Source: Lama glama
Lineage: Eukaryota
Direction: 5' to 3'
Assembly (NCBI GenBank): GCA_028534125.1
Contig: CM052817.1
Span: 28,894,001-28,958,000 of the forward strand
DNA length: 64,000 nucleotides
Each line of letters opens with the position of its first letter. The first letter of the stretch is position 1. A program made the position numbers and the translations under genes. Shown here in pieces: positions 14,130-27,790 of this stretch. The notes under the pieces were generated by a model. The model was not told where the DNA came from. It made no database searches and worked only from the letters and a program-made list of their open reading frames with translations.

Positions 14130-14350
14130 GGGCAGTCGAGGTCAAAGGTTGGGCATTTGGGCTTTCAAGTCAGACACCTGTGGGTTTAAGTCACGTTTAT
14201 GCAAGTGACTTTAGCTCTCTGAGCCTTGGTCTCCTCATCTATAAAATGAGAAGGAAATGTTGCGTATATTGCAGTTGTTTTCAAGAGTAAATGAGTTAGT
14301 ACACATACAATGTTTCACACAGGACAGAGTGCCTACTAAATCTTAACCAA
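14130..14350 (+). mobile_element. MIR SINE
   Basis: ctctctgagccttggtctcctcatctataaaatgaga...aaatgagttagtacac. Confidence 0.75.
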
Positions 14351-15944
14351 CGGCAGCAATCACTGTTCTATTTAGGCATCTGCTCTTATTCCAGTTTCCT
14401 ATTATTCACTCTAAGCTTCAAAATGCCTACACTGCTCCCTCCAAAAACTGCAATATCATTGTGACACTGAATAAATGAATCTGTTTTGAACATTGCCAAG
14501 AGCAGCACAGCTCTCCCAAAATTATTTTGTACAAAGGGCAGAGAATTTCCACAAACTGGAATATAGGAAGAAGCATAAGGGAGTCCAACAAGGATTCCCC
14601 TAGTTATTTCAAACTCCCGCATTTAAAAAAAAATTCTAAATTTTAGAACAAAAATCTATGTTCTAGAGCAAAAACTGAGTTCACAAAGGTAAAGCACACC
14701 TGGCATTTGAATATACAGCAAAAAAGACTTAATTGCAGAACAGCAACAAAATACAGGATAATTCAGCAAGCTACAGTTTCACTTCTTAGATTTTAGTCAT
14801 GCTGCTATTTGATTTTTCATTTTATTACCTCTGAATTTAAGCCTTTGAAACTCAAATGCTTATTTTCTCTTTTAAGCACAGACCTTAGCTCAACAGAGTA
14901 ATTAATATGAACAATAATCTATTCTTGCAAACATTTCAAGACTCTACTTCCTCTTGGCATTAGAGTCCTTAACAGAGTATCAGTATTTAATCACTATTTA
15001 ATTGAAACTGTCAAATGACATTTAAATATATTAGAAAGAATAAAAATGCACAAATCCACACTTTAGAAAATTAAAAAAGAAAGAAAACTACATAGAGAAA
15101 AAGACTATTAACCACTATGTGAATTTCAGCAAATCTCTTGAGTCCCAGAAGCCAACTTACACAGAAGCTAATAAAGATTAAGCTCCAAGGCTCCCCTCTA
15201 GGCTCTAGGAGGTACCCTAGCAGTGGATGTACACTGAGAGTTTCATAAAATTTGCAAATGATATTTTAAGTGTAATTGATTCTAATTGCTGTCTTTCCCC
15301 ATGTTGATTTCTGTCACATTGAAGTGTCTGTGAACACTTCAGGAATCTGGCCAGGGGAATTTGAATTAGGAATATATGTTGTCTCATATACTGTAATGAT
15401 TTTAAGTAGCTTCCATTAGATTACCCATCTCAGCATACAAAGGCTTCCAAGAAAACTCCTACTGTCCACGTCACAACTTTGTAACACAAAGGCACAGACT
15501 TAAGATTACATTGTGACATAATTGTGTCCTTTGGCACCCACAACTAAAAGTATGTGTTCAGTGAAGGAGAAATAAGATTGAAAATGAATGGAGCCAGAAG
15601 CTAATCTTTGGGAAATTCTTTCATTTATCAAACATTTGGATGCAAAATTGAAAATGGAAAATCTATCAACACCTGGGTAAAACTGAAGACCTAGCTTGTC
15701 AAGATACTCAACAATGCAGCCTGTATAAGCATCAAAGCCTATCTTGACAGGGCTGAAGTTGAGCAAAATGGAATTTATCAGAATTACCCTCTTTGCTGAT
15801 CATAATGTGAGTACATCTGTGTGTGATGCATCCTAATAATAAAAAATATATTCCAACCATTCATGCAAGAGGAAAAGTTGAAGTATCTATCTTTTCCATA
15901 GAAAATATTACAAAACCATTTTAGTAGGTGGTAGGTGGGGGGCC

Positions 15945-16338
15945 TCTATTAGTCAGCTAGGGCTGCCACAACAAAATCCTACAGATTGGGGGGTGAGGGG
16001 GGCTGAAACAACATACATTTATTTTCTCACAGTTCTGGAGATTAGAAGTCCAACACCAGGGTATCAGGTGGTTTGGTTTCTCCCCAGGCCTCTCTCCTTG
16101 CCTTGCAGATGGCAGTCTTGTCACTGAGTCTTCACATGGCCTTTCCTCGGTGAGCACATGTCCCTAGTGTCCCTTTGTGTGTCCTAATCTCCCCTTCTTA
16201 AAAGGATACCAGTCAGATTGGATTAGGGCCCACCCTCAAGGTCTCATTTGAACTTAAAGGCCCTATCTTGATTCTGAGATACTGGGGGTGCGGGTCTCCA
16301 CATACAAATTTGGGGGGAGTACAATTCAGCCTGTAACA
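15945..16338 (-). mobile_element. MLT1B-like solo LTR
   Basis: tattagtc...gggctgccacaacaaa...ctcacagttctggag...ggattagggcccaccct...acaattcagcctgtaaca. Confidence 0.88.
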
Positions 16339-16406
16339 GACACTAAGAGTACACAGCCATAAAATGTAATGAAAAAGGTAACCTTTGTAGGCAATTAATT
16401 ATTTTT

Positions 16407-16611
16407 TAAATCTTATTTTTTTATTGAAGTGTTGTCGATGAATAATGTTACTTTCATGTGTACAGCAAAGCGGTTCAGTTACACATATACAAACATGTAT
16501 ACTTTTTTCAGATTCTTTTCCATTACGGCTCATTACAAGAAACTGAACATAGTTCCCTGTGCTCTACAGTAGGTCCTTGTTGTTTATCTATTTTATATAT
16601 AGTAATGTCTA
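16407..16611 (-). mobile_element. Short L1 3' end with target-site duplication
   Basis: ttattgaagt...atagttccctgtgctctacagtaggtccttgttg; TSD taggcaattaattattttt (16388-16406) vs taggcaatgaataattttt (16612-16630). Confidence 0.88.
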
Positions 16612-19089
16612 TAGGCAATGAATAATTTTTAAGTATTTTGTTTCCATGGATTTCAAGATGTTTCTAGCATTTGTCACCTTTTTTAAACATACAATTTGTT
16701 GCCATTTATTTTCTCATGTGAAAGATACATTCACTTTTGTACCAGTTTTTGTAACCATAATTTATTTTGGATTCCTTCAAGAGAGCTGCTTGCCTCCCAT
16801 AATGCACTGGATTCAGTCCCTACAAAATCAGGATCCACCCTCATCTCACAGGTTCAATATCTTTAAAGATTCAACTGGTTAAGCTCTAAAATAGAAAGCA
16901 TTTTATTGGCATCGGAAAATGTGTAGTTTCCATTTCAATACAAGGTATCTGCAATTTGCAAAGAAATGGTCATCTCTGAAATGTCATATATTCAAACTGT
17001 TACCTAGAAGGTCATAAAAAGGGTTTTTTTCCTAATATTCAGCTTCCTTAAATCTAGACATTAAATTCCTCTGTGTTCTTGTTATATTTCATGTCTTGTT
17101 CCTACCTCTATACATAACGGTCCTAAGTAGAAAAATGTTTAAATACCATTTTCCAACGCCTATGAAGAAAATGTTGCCCGTGAAACCAACAATATATACA
17201 TGAACCTGACCTTGCCAAGAAGACAAATCAGTATGACATTTAACATTTCTATATTATAGTCTATACATCATTCTTTAATGGGACACTAATGGGGTAAACT
17301 TGTGTAGAGTTTCTCCTGGATTACCAGCATGCCCTTGAGTATGACCGAAATTTTGCCTTAAGTCCAAGGAGATAGAATCCAGAAGAGGAAACAAACTGAA
17401 TGACCTCAAAAGCTGGCCTATTTGACAGATAAGTAGGGGGATAATGAGATAGAGAAATTAAGGAGCGGATTTATAAAATCCTCGTGTTTTGCATTTCAAA
17501 AAATCCCCTAACTCACACTCAGTCAAGATTCTATCATTTTATGTTTAATTTCATGTTTGAAGTCACATAAAAGTAATGAAGTTTGTCAAGTCATCTCATT
17601 TTAAACATTCCCTGAAATGTTGAGAAGAATATAGGTCAGATTTCAGGTGCTAAATAACTCTCTTGTTTCATAATAATCACAGTTCACCTTCACTTGGCAG
17701 GGTTTGAAGTAAAATATTTGGGGTTTCTGAGCACAAAGCTGCTTTGAAAAGCCTCAAGAAATTTCAGTTCAAAGTAGATAACTGCAATTTTATTTTTCTA
17801 AATCTAAATTTCATGAGCTTCTTAATTTAGGTCTGGATTTCTACTGTCTTCGATCTAATATTAATGACCAAATATATACCATCTTTTGTTCCAACCAAAA
17901 CCACAGCAGAAAAAGGATTTAAAACACTCACGCATGATCACAGGTTAATTAAAAAAAAAAAATCAGTTGCAAAAATGTGCTCCTTTTAAGGGTCAAAGAT
18001 CTGCTCAGCCAGATCTTTAAAATCAAGAAAGGGTAGAACAGGGCATGGTCATAGTTAGTGTCACTCTTCTAATATACTTCTGTTTTCTCCTCTGGAACTC
18101 TGCTTAAACAGCCTCACATACCGTGAAAAACGTATTATTCATTTTTATCTTAATCAAGGATAAAAACCAAAGAGTTTCTTAGTGGTGGTCAATGTTAATT
18201 TCTGGATCAATTAATCAATCATCCCTCTGGCTATGAGTCTTTGAAGAGTTGCCCAGTTTCCTCCAGAGAACAACCAATAGTATGATTTATCTCATTAGCA
18301 TGGTCTGTCTCATTCCAAAGCATGTCTTTGTACTCTAAGCCACTCTTCTAACAAGTTTTGGTTGGCGGGAAGTAGGCAAGTGTAGAAGAAATGTGTGGCT
18401 ATGTTAGAAGACCGGCATGATTATTTTGACAGCCCTGCTTTGAGATCAACTTATATTTTTCATCTCTTTATAAAGTTATAGCCAGTAGAAAAATGTATCA
18501 TGTCTCCTCTAGACTGAAACATTGCTGCTTTCTTCATACTCCTCCAGTACCTGCTTCTTCTTCCCACCCTGGGACGGCATCCAAGGATGAGGAGGTGAAA
18601 ATACAGTGAATATCAATTCTGAGGTTCTGAGGTTACAATAGAAAATGGACAAATCTGTGGTAGTCAGCACAGTACAAAGAGTATATAATGGTTGTCTTTC
18701 AGGAACTAAATATAGTCTGGAGAGTTAACGTCAAAGCATAATTTTATGCACTGAAAGATACGGTTCTTCTCTTAACTCAAACATGATCTATAAAACATCA
18801 AATCTAAGACAGGATTTAGGAGCATAAATATCTATGGGAATGACAGCTTTGACCAAAAAAAAAAAAAACCCCAGTTGAAGTAAAATTTTTGAAGGAAATT
18901 CAAGTGATTCAAGTGAATCCCATCTGTGCTTCTTGCCACATTATTTTTATCCTCAAATTTACATATTGTATTTACAAATGTTTCTGTTCTCAGGTTAATT
19001 TTAAGAACTCAAGTTGAGTATTTAAATGTTTGAATTAAGCATAACAACTAAATAAATAAGAGAACACAAATCTTGGATGTTAAATGCAG

Positions 19090-19660
19090 ATAGATGACTA
19101 ATTTTTCTTCTTAATTCTCAGCCAACCCTTGGGTTCAGCTCCATCTGTCTCATTGTCCACAAGAAACAGCCATTGTATTGTCCAACCACAACCCCATGAT
19201 TCTCTGAATATGTTACTTTTTGTTCCTCAAAAAAGTACTGCTTTACATTGTTTCCTTACTTTAATATTATCAATTTTTCAATTATTTAAAACACAAATTT
19301 CAGCATCTTCGTTCTCTCATTCATTCCTTTCACCCCCAAATAAGTTCTGAAGATACTGCCTTTAAAAAATATCCTCTTTTATTAACTTAGTCAAGGTTCT
19401 CATCATTATCATCTCAATCACTACAATAAACTCCTAATTCATTTTAATGCTTCAGACTACCTCTTTCCAGTTACCCTGATAGAGTCATCACATTAATTTT
19501 TTTTAATTCACTGTTTTCATCATGACATTTCATCCCCCTGGATCAAATCCTTCAATAATTCTTCATCACCTACTGAAACAATTTTAAGATTTCTAGTCTG
19601 TTACCTACTTCCTCACTACCTATTAAATTCTCATATTTCAAGAGTTAATCTGGCCTCACC
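19090..19660 (+). mobile_element. LINE-2 fragments
   Basis: ttagtcaaggttctcatcatt...cactacaataaactcctaa...aaatccttcaataattcttcat. Confidence 0.55.
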
Positions 19661-19694
19661 TCTTCTCCAATTTTTCTTTATCCCTGTATCATTG

Positions 19695-19930
19695 GAAGCA
19701 GTGCAGTCAAGTAGGAAATATATACCCTGGGGTTTCAGGAAACTTTCAGATCAAATCCCAGCCCTGTCATCCATCCACTGTGAAGGACAAGTTAAATTCT
19801 TGAAACTTGGCCTCATTATCTGCATTACAGGGGATAATAAAACCAAACTCATATGGCCAATAAAAGATTAAATAAAACAGTGTATGCAAAGAACTAGCAT
19901 GGACAAGTGATTTTACTTGGCAGACTAAAT
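19695..19930 (+). mobile_element. MIR SINE
   Basis: tcaaatcccagccctgtca...ggggataataaaacc...gattaaataaaacagtgtatgcaaag. Confidence 0.7.
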
Positions 19931-21309
19931 ACTAATCCATATTTCTAAATATAATAATAAAGTGTTAAAATTATGATCTTGACTTAATAAATATTAATAT
20001 TTATTAAATAGAAAAGAAATCTCTGTAGCAAAGTTTTATTACTGCTTTACATTCCTGTTCTATGAGCTTTTTGAAAATTAGTAATTTATAGCTGGTGTAT
20101 ATCCTGCATTAACTAGAATTCTTTATTAACAAAACAAACAAACAAAAATAATCCCCTCAAATGATATATCCACAAATAGCCAGACAGAATTTAATATATT
20201 TAATAGTCAAGAAATGAGTGTGAAGATTTGTGAATTCAGAAAGATCTGAATAGATGATTTCTAACCATCCTTTTTGGCGTTATGATTCTTTTAAGAAAAA
20301 TGATTGACACAGAAGAAAATGACATTTTTACATATCCAAAGGAGACACCAAGCAGCTCCTCCAAGACAGAACTGTCACCCAGCATAGAGCTGTGCTGGGA
20401 CAACGGTCCACATCCTCTAACAAGTTGGAAGACATCTGCTGACTCAGGTGGTCCAGCTGTAAGAGGCACGGTGGTAGCAATGTTGGCGCCCACTTGAAAA
20501 AGTCATAAGGAACTGATGGGCTAAGAGGGACGTTCAGGAATGAAGAAATAATATTGAAGTGGTAGCTTGGAAGCTATCGTTGGTTTGCCCCAAAATAATC
20601 ATTTTAAGGGACATAATTTTACCAACCGGATAGAGGTCATAGTACTAGCAATTTCAACCGTGTAGACAAATACGCTCAAGAATCTGCAGAAAAAAATAGC
20701 TTCTAGCCATCTTTATTAGAGAAAGAATTGAATAACTTTCCTTATCAGTTTTCCAGCTTACAGAATATTTTTAAAAAGCAAGGGAATGAAATAAGTGATA
20801 GAGCAAAACATTTAGGAAACAGAAAGAAAAAAAATTAGCAGCTGAATGCCTGACATAAAGGACAGTAAGAGAAAAAGCATAAAAATCCAAAGCACAGCAT
20901 GCTGGGGCTTTTATTACAAGTTCTCTCAGCCTTATATTTTTCAATTGCTCCAGGGGCTTCACTTAATTTATTAATAGTACAATAAAATGACTAGTATTCT
21001 CAATGAAGAAACTTTTTAATTTTAATCAAACTCCAAAAAACACTTCCTAAAATATACTGCACAATTCCCCCCCTTATTATACATATTACACCGATTCTAA
21101 TATAACCTTTTTCTTTTTTTCTTGAGATATTGCTATAAAATACCTAAAATACTTAAATACTCAGAATAAAAAGCATGATCTCTTTTTATTCTGTAAATTA
21201 TATAGTAATTGTGTTCAAGCTAATAACTATAGCCCTCTTGTTTGATAGCTCTCAACATCACTCTGGATTAATGCTTAGCAGCAAATACTGGCTAATTATG
21301 ATACCAATC

Positions 21310-21480
21310 ACAGTAATAATAATCATGTATTGTACATTCCTATGGTCCAATACTGGGTCATATGCTTCGCCTCTTTTATCTTATTTCATAGTCTCAATAA
21401 TTTTTATAATATAACTATAATTATTCTCATTTTACAGTTGAGAAAACTGAAGCATACAAAGGTTAATTAATCTCTCCATG
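21310..21480 (-). mobile_element. MIR SINE
   Basis: ttattctcattttacagttgagaaaactgaagcatacaaaggttaa. Confidence 0.7.
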
Positions 21481-21569
21481 TTCCTAATGAAAAGGGACAA
21501 TAGTATATATGTTGTGATCCCTTAATTTGTCATTTTCCAAGATATTTGTTCAAAGTAATGAGTATTAAT

Positions 21570-21790
21570 ATAATTAAGAGTTTCCGACATGAAACACATT
21601 TAGGGAACTTATGGTTAGGTTCAATAGATTTTACACAGGACTTCTGAATGACTTCAACTGGGGCACTAAGTCTCCAAGAAGGGTGCATAAAATATTCAGT
21701 CAATCCCACAATTACTTGATAACACACTCCATTCTTCTCAAAGCATCTTGAAAAATCAGTTTTTCTTGGAACAAACTTGGAGAAGCACTT
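21570..21790. mobile_element. hAT-Charlie MITE (MER103C-like)
   Basis: Ends ttggaacaaacttggagaagcact; ctccaagaaggg internal motif. Confidence 0.5.
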
Positions 21791-21916
21791 ATTTATAAAA
21801 AGTACCAATAACTGTTTTCAAACACTAATTAGTCCTTGATATAAACCTGAGAATATAATGTCAAAAAACACAATTTAAAAAATAATTGTATGTTTTTCCA
21901 AATATAGTACACATGA

Positions 21917-22383
21917 CATTATGGGTTGAATTGTGTCCTCCAAAGAAGATATGTTGAAATTCTAACCCCCAAGCCTTCAGAACATTACCCTATTCAAAAA
22001 CACAGTTGTAACCAATGAATTAGCTAAGAAGAGGTCGTCTTGGAGTAGGCTAGACCCTTATTCTGATGTGACTAGTGTCCTTATAAGACCGGGAAGGAGG
22101 GACCGGAAGGAGAATGCCTCGTGAAGACACACAGACACACCAGGAAAACTCCACGTGATGACAGAGGCTACAGTTGCAAGCCAAGCAATGCCAAGGACTG
22201 ACATCCACCAACAGATGCAACAAACAGGCAAGGAAGGATTCTACTCAGTGTCTCAGGAGAGCATGGCCCTGCAGATACCTTGATTTTTGAACTTCTCCAG
22301 AACTGCAAGAGAATAAATTGCTGTTGTTTTAAGCCACCTAGTTTATGGTACTTTGTTACAGAAGCTCAAAGGAAACCAATACA
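21917..22383 (+). mobile_element. MLT1C-like solo LTR
   Basis: ttatgggttgaattgtgtcctcc...gcaagccaagcaatgccaagga...ccagaactgcaagagaataaattgctgttgttttaagccacc...aatACA. Confidence 0.88.
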
Positions 22384-23769
22384 CACAGGTTACAAGAAGA
22401 TAAAATTTTGATACCTTGAACGTGGGATAAAATTTAGAATACTTAGAGTAGAGCCCTGTATAACAATTGGACAGATTAAATAATCAGGAAAGAGATTTGA
22501 AAGCAGATATTCATGTGGCCAATTGAGAAGAGATCTACTTGTTTACATTAATTTTTGAAATTAATCTAAAGTAACTAATGTCTGTCTGAAATTCCATGTT
22601 TCCTTATCTGGAAAATGGGGTTAGTGGCTCATACAAGATTATGATAATGATTAACTGGGATACGTAGTATTTGGAAGCAATCAAGATGTATTATTATATT
22701 AGCTACTTTATACTATTAAATTATCTCTCCAGCCAGAGACTTTGAGTTAGCTCAGAGAACTCCAAAGTCACTGAAAAGGTGTTCTTCTAGGGAAGGAAGA
22801 ACAGATACTCATAACTAGGTTCCCAAGTTATAATATAATTTTTCAAATACGGTATCTGTAAGATACTGTGCATCAGCTTAATGTCTCAGGAGCACTAGCA
22901 CAACTTCTAAAAGCAATGGATTTATTAGAAGACAGCAAGCCGTACAGCTTTGAAAATTAGCCTTCTATGAAAGGAACTCCTATAAGATTTGCTTCTTTGA
23001 TAGACATAGCAGGCAGACCATGGCCTAAGATTACACATTTTAAGAGTATTTAATTGGACAGAACAAGCTCCAAGTATATAATGGAATGAGAAAGGAAGCA
23101 CTTACTACAATGACACTCAAAATACAATTTAAAATTAATACTATCATTTTTCTAGCCATACTGTCAATTAGTTACATTTTTAATATGATGTAAAAGCTAT
23201 TTGCCTGAGACTGCATGTAGGTAGGTAGTTTTTATTTTTTTAAAGGGCTGGTCCAAAGCACAAAAATACCCTTCTCTCACAATTCAACAAATACCTTTTG
23301 CTCAGAATTCTAATTCCTTTCTCCCAGTCATCTTCTCTTTGTCAAGATCACACTTTCCTGCTATTGAAATTTATTCATTAGTGCAGAATCTATAAAATGA
23401 ATAGATAATGCAATAAAATACTGCCTGTATTCCACCTGGAAGTCACTCCCAAGTAAACAATGTTTATTCTGTCTTTACATTTTGCTGCTTAGTATCATAA
23501 ATTCTTTAGTAATAGTACCTATTACATCTCAAGCCAATGTAAACATATTGCATCAATATATGGAAGGCCCTCAAAGAGATAAATTCACTGTATAATTTAC
23601 CTCAACTGACATTAAAAAATATGAGCATATTTAAATGAGTCAGAATAACATATTTGTTAAAATTTATCAAATGCCTATATATGACACAGTAATATCTAAC
23701 TAAATTAGCATCCTTAGAAAATGAGCAATTCCATGGAAATAAATTTCCCAGGTAACTGAAATTTGCAAC

Positions 23770-24478
23770 TTTATTTTTTTTTATTAAAATATAGTTAGTT
23801 TACAATATTACATTAGCTTCAGGTATGCAGCATAGTGATTCAGTATTTTTATAAATTATACTCAATTAAACGTTATTACAAGATAATGGCCATAATTCCC
23901 TGTGCTACACACTATATCCTTGTTGCTTATCCATTCTACACATATTAGTCTGTACCTTTTATCTCTTATTCCTATATTACCCCTCCCCACTGCCCTCTCC
24001 CCACCGGTAACAACTAATTTGTTCTCTACATTTGTGGATCTGTTTCCTTTTTATTATTTTCACTAGTTTGTTTTATTTTCAGATTCTAGATATAAGTGAT
24101 ATCATATAGCACTTGTCTTCCTCTGTCTGTTATTTCACTTAGCATAATGCCATCCAAGTCCATCCATATCGCTGCAAATGGCAAAACTTCATTATTTTTT
24201 ATGGCTGAGTAGTATTCCATTGGGTATATGGAATATATATGTGCATTCCACGTGTGTGTGTGTGTGTGTGTATCACATCTTCTTTATTCATTCATCAGTT
24301 GATGAACACTTAGGTTGCTTCCATATCTTGGCAATTGTAAATAATCCTGCTATGAACACTGAGGTGCATCTATTATTTCAAATTAGTGTTTTTGTTTTTA
24401 TTTTCAGATATACACCCAGGAGTGGAATTTCTGGGTCATATGGAAGTTCTATTTTTAGTTTTTTGAGAAACTTCCATA
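23770..24478 (-). mobile_element. LINE-1 3' segment (ORF2 end + 3' UTR + poly-A)
   Basis: Poly-T at about 23770; ataagtgatatcata...ttttttatggctgagtagtattccattg...ggaatttctgggtcatatgg. Confidence 0.9.
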
Positions 24479-24663
24479 CAAATAAACAAAGCGGATCTAA
24501 TTAAACTTAAAAGCTTTTGCACAGCAAAGACAACCATTGACAAAACAAAAAGACAACCTACTGAATGGGAGAAAATATTTGCAAATGATATGACCAATAA
24601 GGGGTTAATATCCAACACTTATAAATAGCTCATACAACTCCACATCGCAAAAGCAAACAACCT
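24479..24663 (+). mobile_element. LINE-1 ORF2 segment inverted relative to the adjacent L1
   Basis: ctaattaaacttaaaagcttttgcacagcaaag...gaatgggagaaaatatttgcaaatgat; homologous to about 12663-12830. Confidence 0.88.
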
Positions 24664-24665
24664 AC

Positions 24666-24980
24666 ATATGCTGGGTTGAATCAGACAGAATCAGGCAGAG
24701 ACAGATAGAGAGATTAATTTGAAATATTACTCTGCTGGGTTTAAAGATGGAAGGGGGCCAAGAACGAAGCAATACAGGCAGGTTTCTAGAAGCTGGAAAA
24801 AGCAAGGAAAAGAGATTGTCCACTAGAGCCTCCTCTAAAAGAAACACAGCCCTGCTGACACAAATTTTAGCCCAAAGAGACCCATTTCAGACTTCTGAAC
24901 TCCAGAAGTATAAGATGTATATTGTTTTAAGCCACTAAGTTTGTGGTAATTTGTTACAGCAGTAATAGAAAACTAATATG
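24666..24980 (+). mobile_element. MLT1D-like LTR (partial)
   Basis: ctagaagctggaaaaagcaagg...ttttaagccactaagtttgtggtaatttgttacagcag. Confidence 0.82.
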
Positions 24981-25589
24981 GTGGTCTTCACAGAGTACTG
25001 AAAAAACACTGAAAAAGTACAAAATATTGAGGAGATTTTTTTTTTATTATTATTCACCATGACCAAAGGAGAGAGACTCTGAAGTACACTAGTTATTGGA
25101 AAAGTATACTCTTCTTGGTCAGGAGACCTTTGTGGATCAATAAGCAACTTGGATTAAAAAAAATAAATAAATCCCACGAAACAATGCAATTCCCTTTGAT
25201 CTGCTTCAGTGCTCCCCTTACAAACTTTTAGTGACCAAATTTGTTTCCAGGATGTAAAATAAGAAGAGAGGCCTCTGAGTCGTGAATTGTAACATAAAAA
25301 TGGCACTGTTTCCACTAGACATCAGACAAAAAGTGGGAAGCATCTCCTGATCCTTTTGAGTCCATTTAAAATAACGTATCCTAACAAATTGTCTCGCCCC
25401 CCCATAGCCGAGGATTAGAATGATGGCCACTCTTTCTGAGGCCATGACTCCTTTGCAACTCTTTCACCTCACTTTTCCTTTTTTATTTTGACACTTACGT
25501 GCATAGATATACTTTAAAATATTTGAAAGATTTAAAAATATTCAATATTTAATAATTAAATATTTAAACAATTCAGGGGAATTATTGTA

Positions 25590-25790
25590 GTAGCATAAAG
25601 ATAGTATATATATGTTGAGGGCTTACTATATGCCGGGCATGCTATTATGAATATTTAGAATCATAATCTCTTTTAATCCTCAAAATAATATCTGACGCAT
25701 CTCACAGTGAAGAAATGATTCTGAGAGCACACAACGAATAAGGAGCCAGAAGTTGAATCCTTGTGCACCTGACTTCAAAGCCCCAAGCTC
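25590..25790 (-). mobile_element. MIR SINE
   Basis: ttgagggcttactatatgccgggca...ttttaatcctcaaaataa...gaatccttgtgcacctgacttcaaagcc. Confidence 0.7.
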
Positions 25791-27399
25791 CAAATTCCAA
25801 TCCCTGTAACATAACAATGATGTTGGAGGCGACTTATGGCTTTTCACTCCCAGATCAAATTGTCCCTGAGAGCTAGATATTCGACGTCTTTCCTGGTTTT
25901 TTCCTATCTTATTATCAGAATCTAATGTATAGCTCCCATAGAAATTAGAAAACAAAGTTTGTTAAAAAGCACGACCAAATTATAGCTCATAGGTGATTAC
26001 TCTAGGAGAGCACTTTATCTACAAATTGTCTTTGATGGAACATCAGCCTTGAGAATTATTTTAAGATAAAATAATAACATTCTCTATTCTGGTAAATTAC
26101 TGACTCAATGAGCTTGCCACACTGTTTGATACTCCTGGGTAATATGTTTTTTTCTTGTTAGGTAACATACCATCTGCGGTAAAGATCCAGGCATTACTTG
26201 CGTTTGTATCCCTGTCTATTGCAGATGCTCGAGAAAAACTCCTCCATGAAGCCTGAAAAACACACCAGTGATGCCCACTGGGAACAAGTCTCCCCTCCTG
26301 CAGGAAGCTGGAGGTGCTGACAGGCTAAATCGTTCCTATGGTCTAAACAAGCTGTCCGAAGGTCTGTGAGCCTTTTCCCAAAACTAGAGACTGCATCTTG
26401 CAATGAGGAAGGAGAACATCAAATATCCTCCAGTTTCTGTTTTTAAATATTTAAAAACAGAGATAAATTTTCTCTGGTGCATCACAAGTAAGGTAAGAAA
26501 ATTACGTTTGAATTTCATCCAAAGATCTAACTTCTCCCTTGAGATGAAGGAGCCAAAAGATCACTCCTTTGCAACATCCATTCAGAGAGTAATGATAACC
26601 TGGAACCTAGACCCACCAGGACAACTGAATAATTTCACCTTTAGGCAGAGGACCAGAAGAAGTTTAATTAACTTCTGAATATTGTTTAAGACTGTATTTG
26701 ATCAGAAAATAAATGAATAGTAAAGCCACTTTGTCTAGTCTTTGTCTCTTGACATCCTAAAATTTCTATGTCATTGTAATTTAAAAAATCAAAGCAGAGA
26801 GTTTTCCAGAAAGGTCCATCACCCCTGATTTGGGCAAATGCTAGACCTATCTAGAGACGACAGCTATTAGCTTTCAATACATATGTGATTTATTAAATGA
26901 GTGAATAAATAAATGAATGACGGAAATGTAAGTTGATAAAGCATGTGAAGTTGGAGAAAAGAAAATCAATCTGAATTTGGCCTTATAAAGGCAGTATTTA
27001 ATTTATCCTTAAAATTCAATTTGTTTAAATGAATATAAACCACTAGACCCAAGAACAGGAAAAGCTGATTACAAATGTTAATTAAAAATATTTAATTTTC
27101 TGGGCATGATGAGCTACATGAAGAAATATTATTCACACTCAGATAATTCTCAGAGAACTGCCAAGCAAGGAAAAAAAGTTAATTTTGTGGCAAACAGAGG
27201 TAAACAACTGCTGTTTGCTGTTTAGCCATGCTTATTTAAGTCTAGTTTTGAATATATGCTGTTAGATAAGTAATAACAGAAAAGCCAAGTAAATGTGCAA
27301 TTGCTAAGCATTTGTTTTCTAACCAAGAAGCTAAAACTAGTCTTATAACTAACAATTTAATCTCACCGATACTGACTGGGTTTATCTAACAAATCTGAG

Positions 27400-27790
27400 T
27401 TAAGTAACTATTGAATTCTAGGCACCTGAGGCGCTGGGGTCACAAAGATGAGTAAGGTGTGTCCTTCTCCTCGGTAAACGCAGAGCCTAGGAGGTCGGAC
27501 AGGTTCACAAATAATTCCCCTAAACACATTCTGATAAATGCTATGATAAAGATCCTTTCCAATGACTGGGCAAGGACTATTAAGGACCATACATTCTGCC
27601 TGGGCATTGGCAGAAACTGGGGACAGCTTCACAGAGCAGGCCACCTACGCATGTGGCTTTAAAGGATGACAATGGAAGGAGCACACACACGAAGAGGCAG
27701 CAGGATGAGCGAAGACAAGGATGAAACTCAATGGCAGCACTACAGAAAGGGAACAGATTGCTGTGGCCAGGGCACAGGATTTATAACAGG
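27400..27790 (-). mobile_element. LINE-2 3' fragment
   Basis: aggcgctggggtcacaaagatgagtaag...gataaatgctatgataaag. Confidence 0.6.

Larger units (their letters stand above)
15146..16842 (+). mobile_element. hAT-Tip100 DNA transposon relic (Zaphod/MER115-like) carrying two nested insertions
   Basis: 5' end gaagctaataaagattaagctccaagg; 15836-15914 translates IIKNIFQPFMQEEKLKYLS then (frameshift) IENITK, resembling the hAT dimerisation domain; 3' end acaaaatcaggatccaccct. Confidence 0.65.

Noticed and set aside
20236..20497. Slightly GC-richer patch with short ORFs on both strands
   Set aside because: No recognisable homology, poly-A or TSD to support an exon or retrocopy.
26162..26492. Plus-strand exon-like segment (ttttttcttgttag acceptor, aag|gtaaga donor) antisense to KCTD8
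   Set aside because: Splice-like pairs are common by chance; no recognisable protein and no transcript evidence available.
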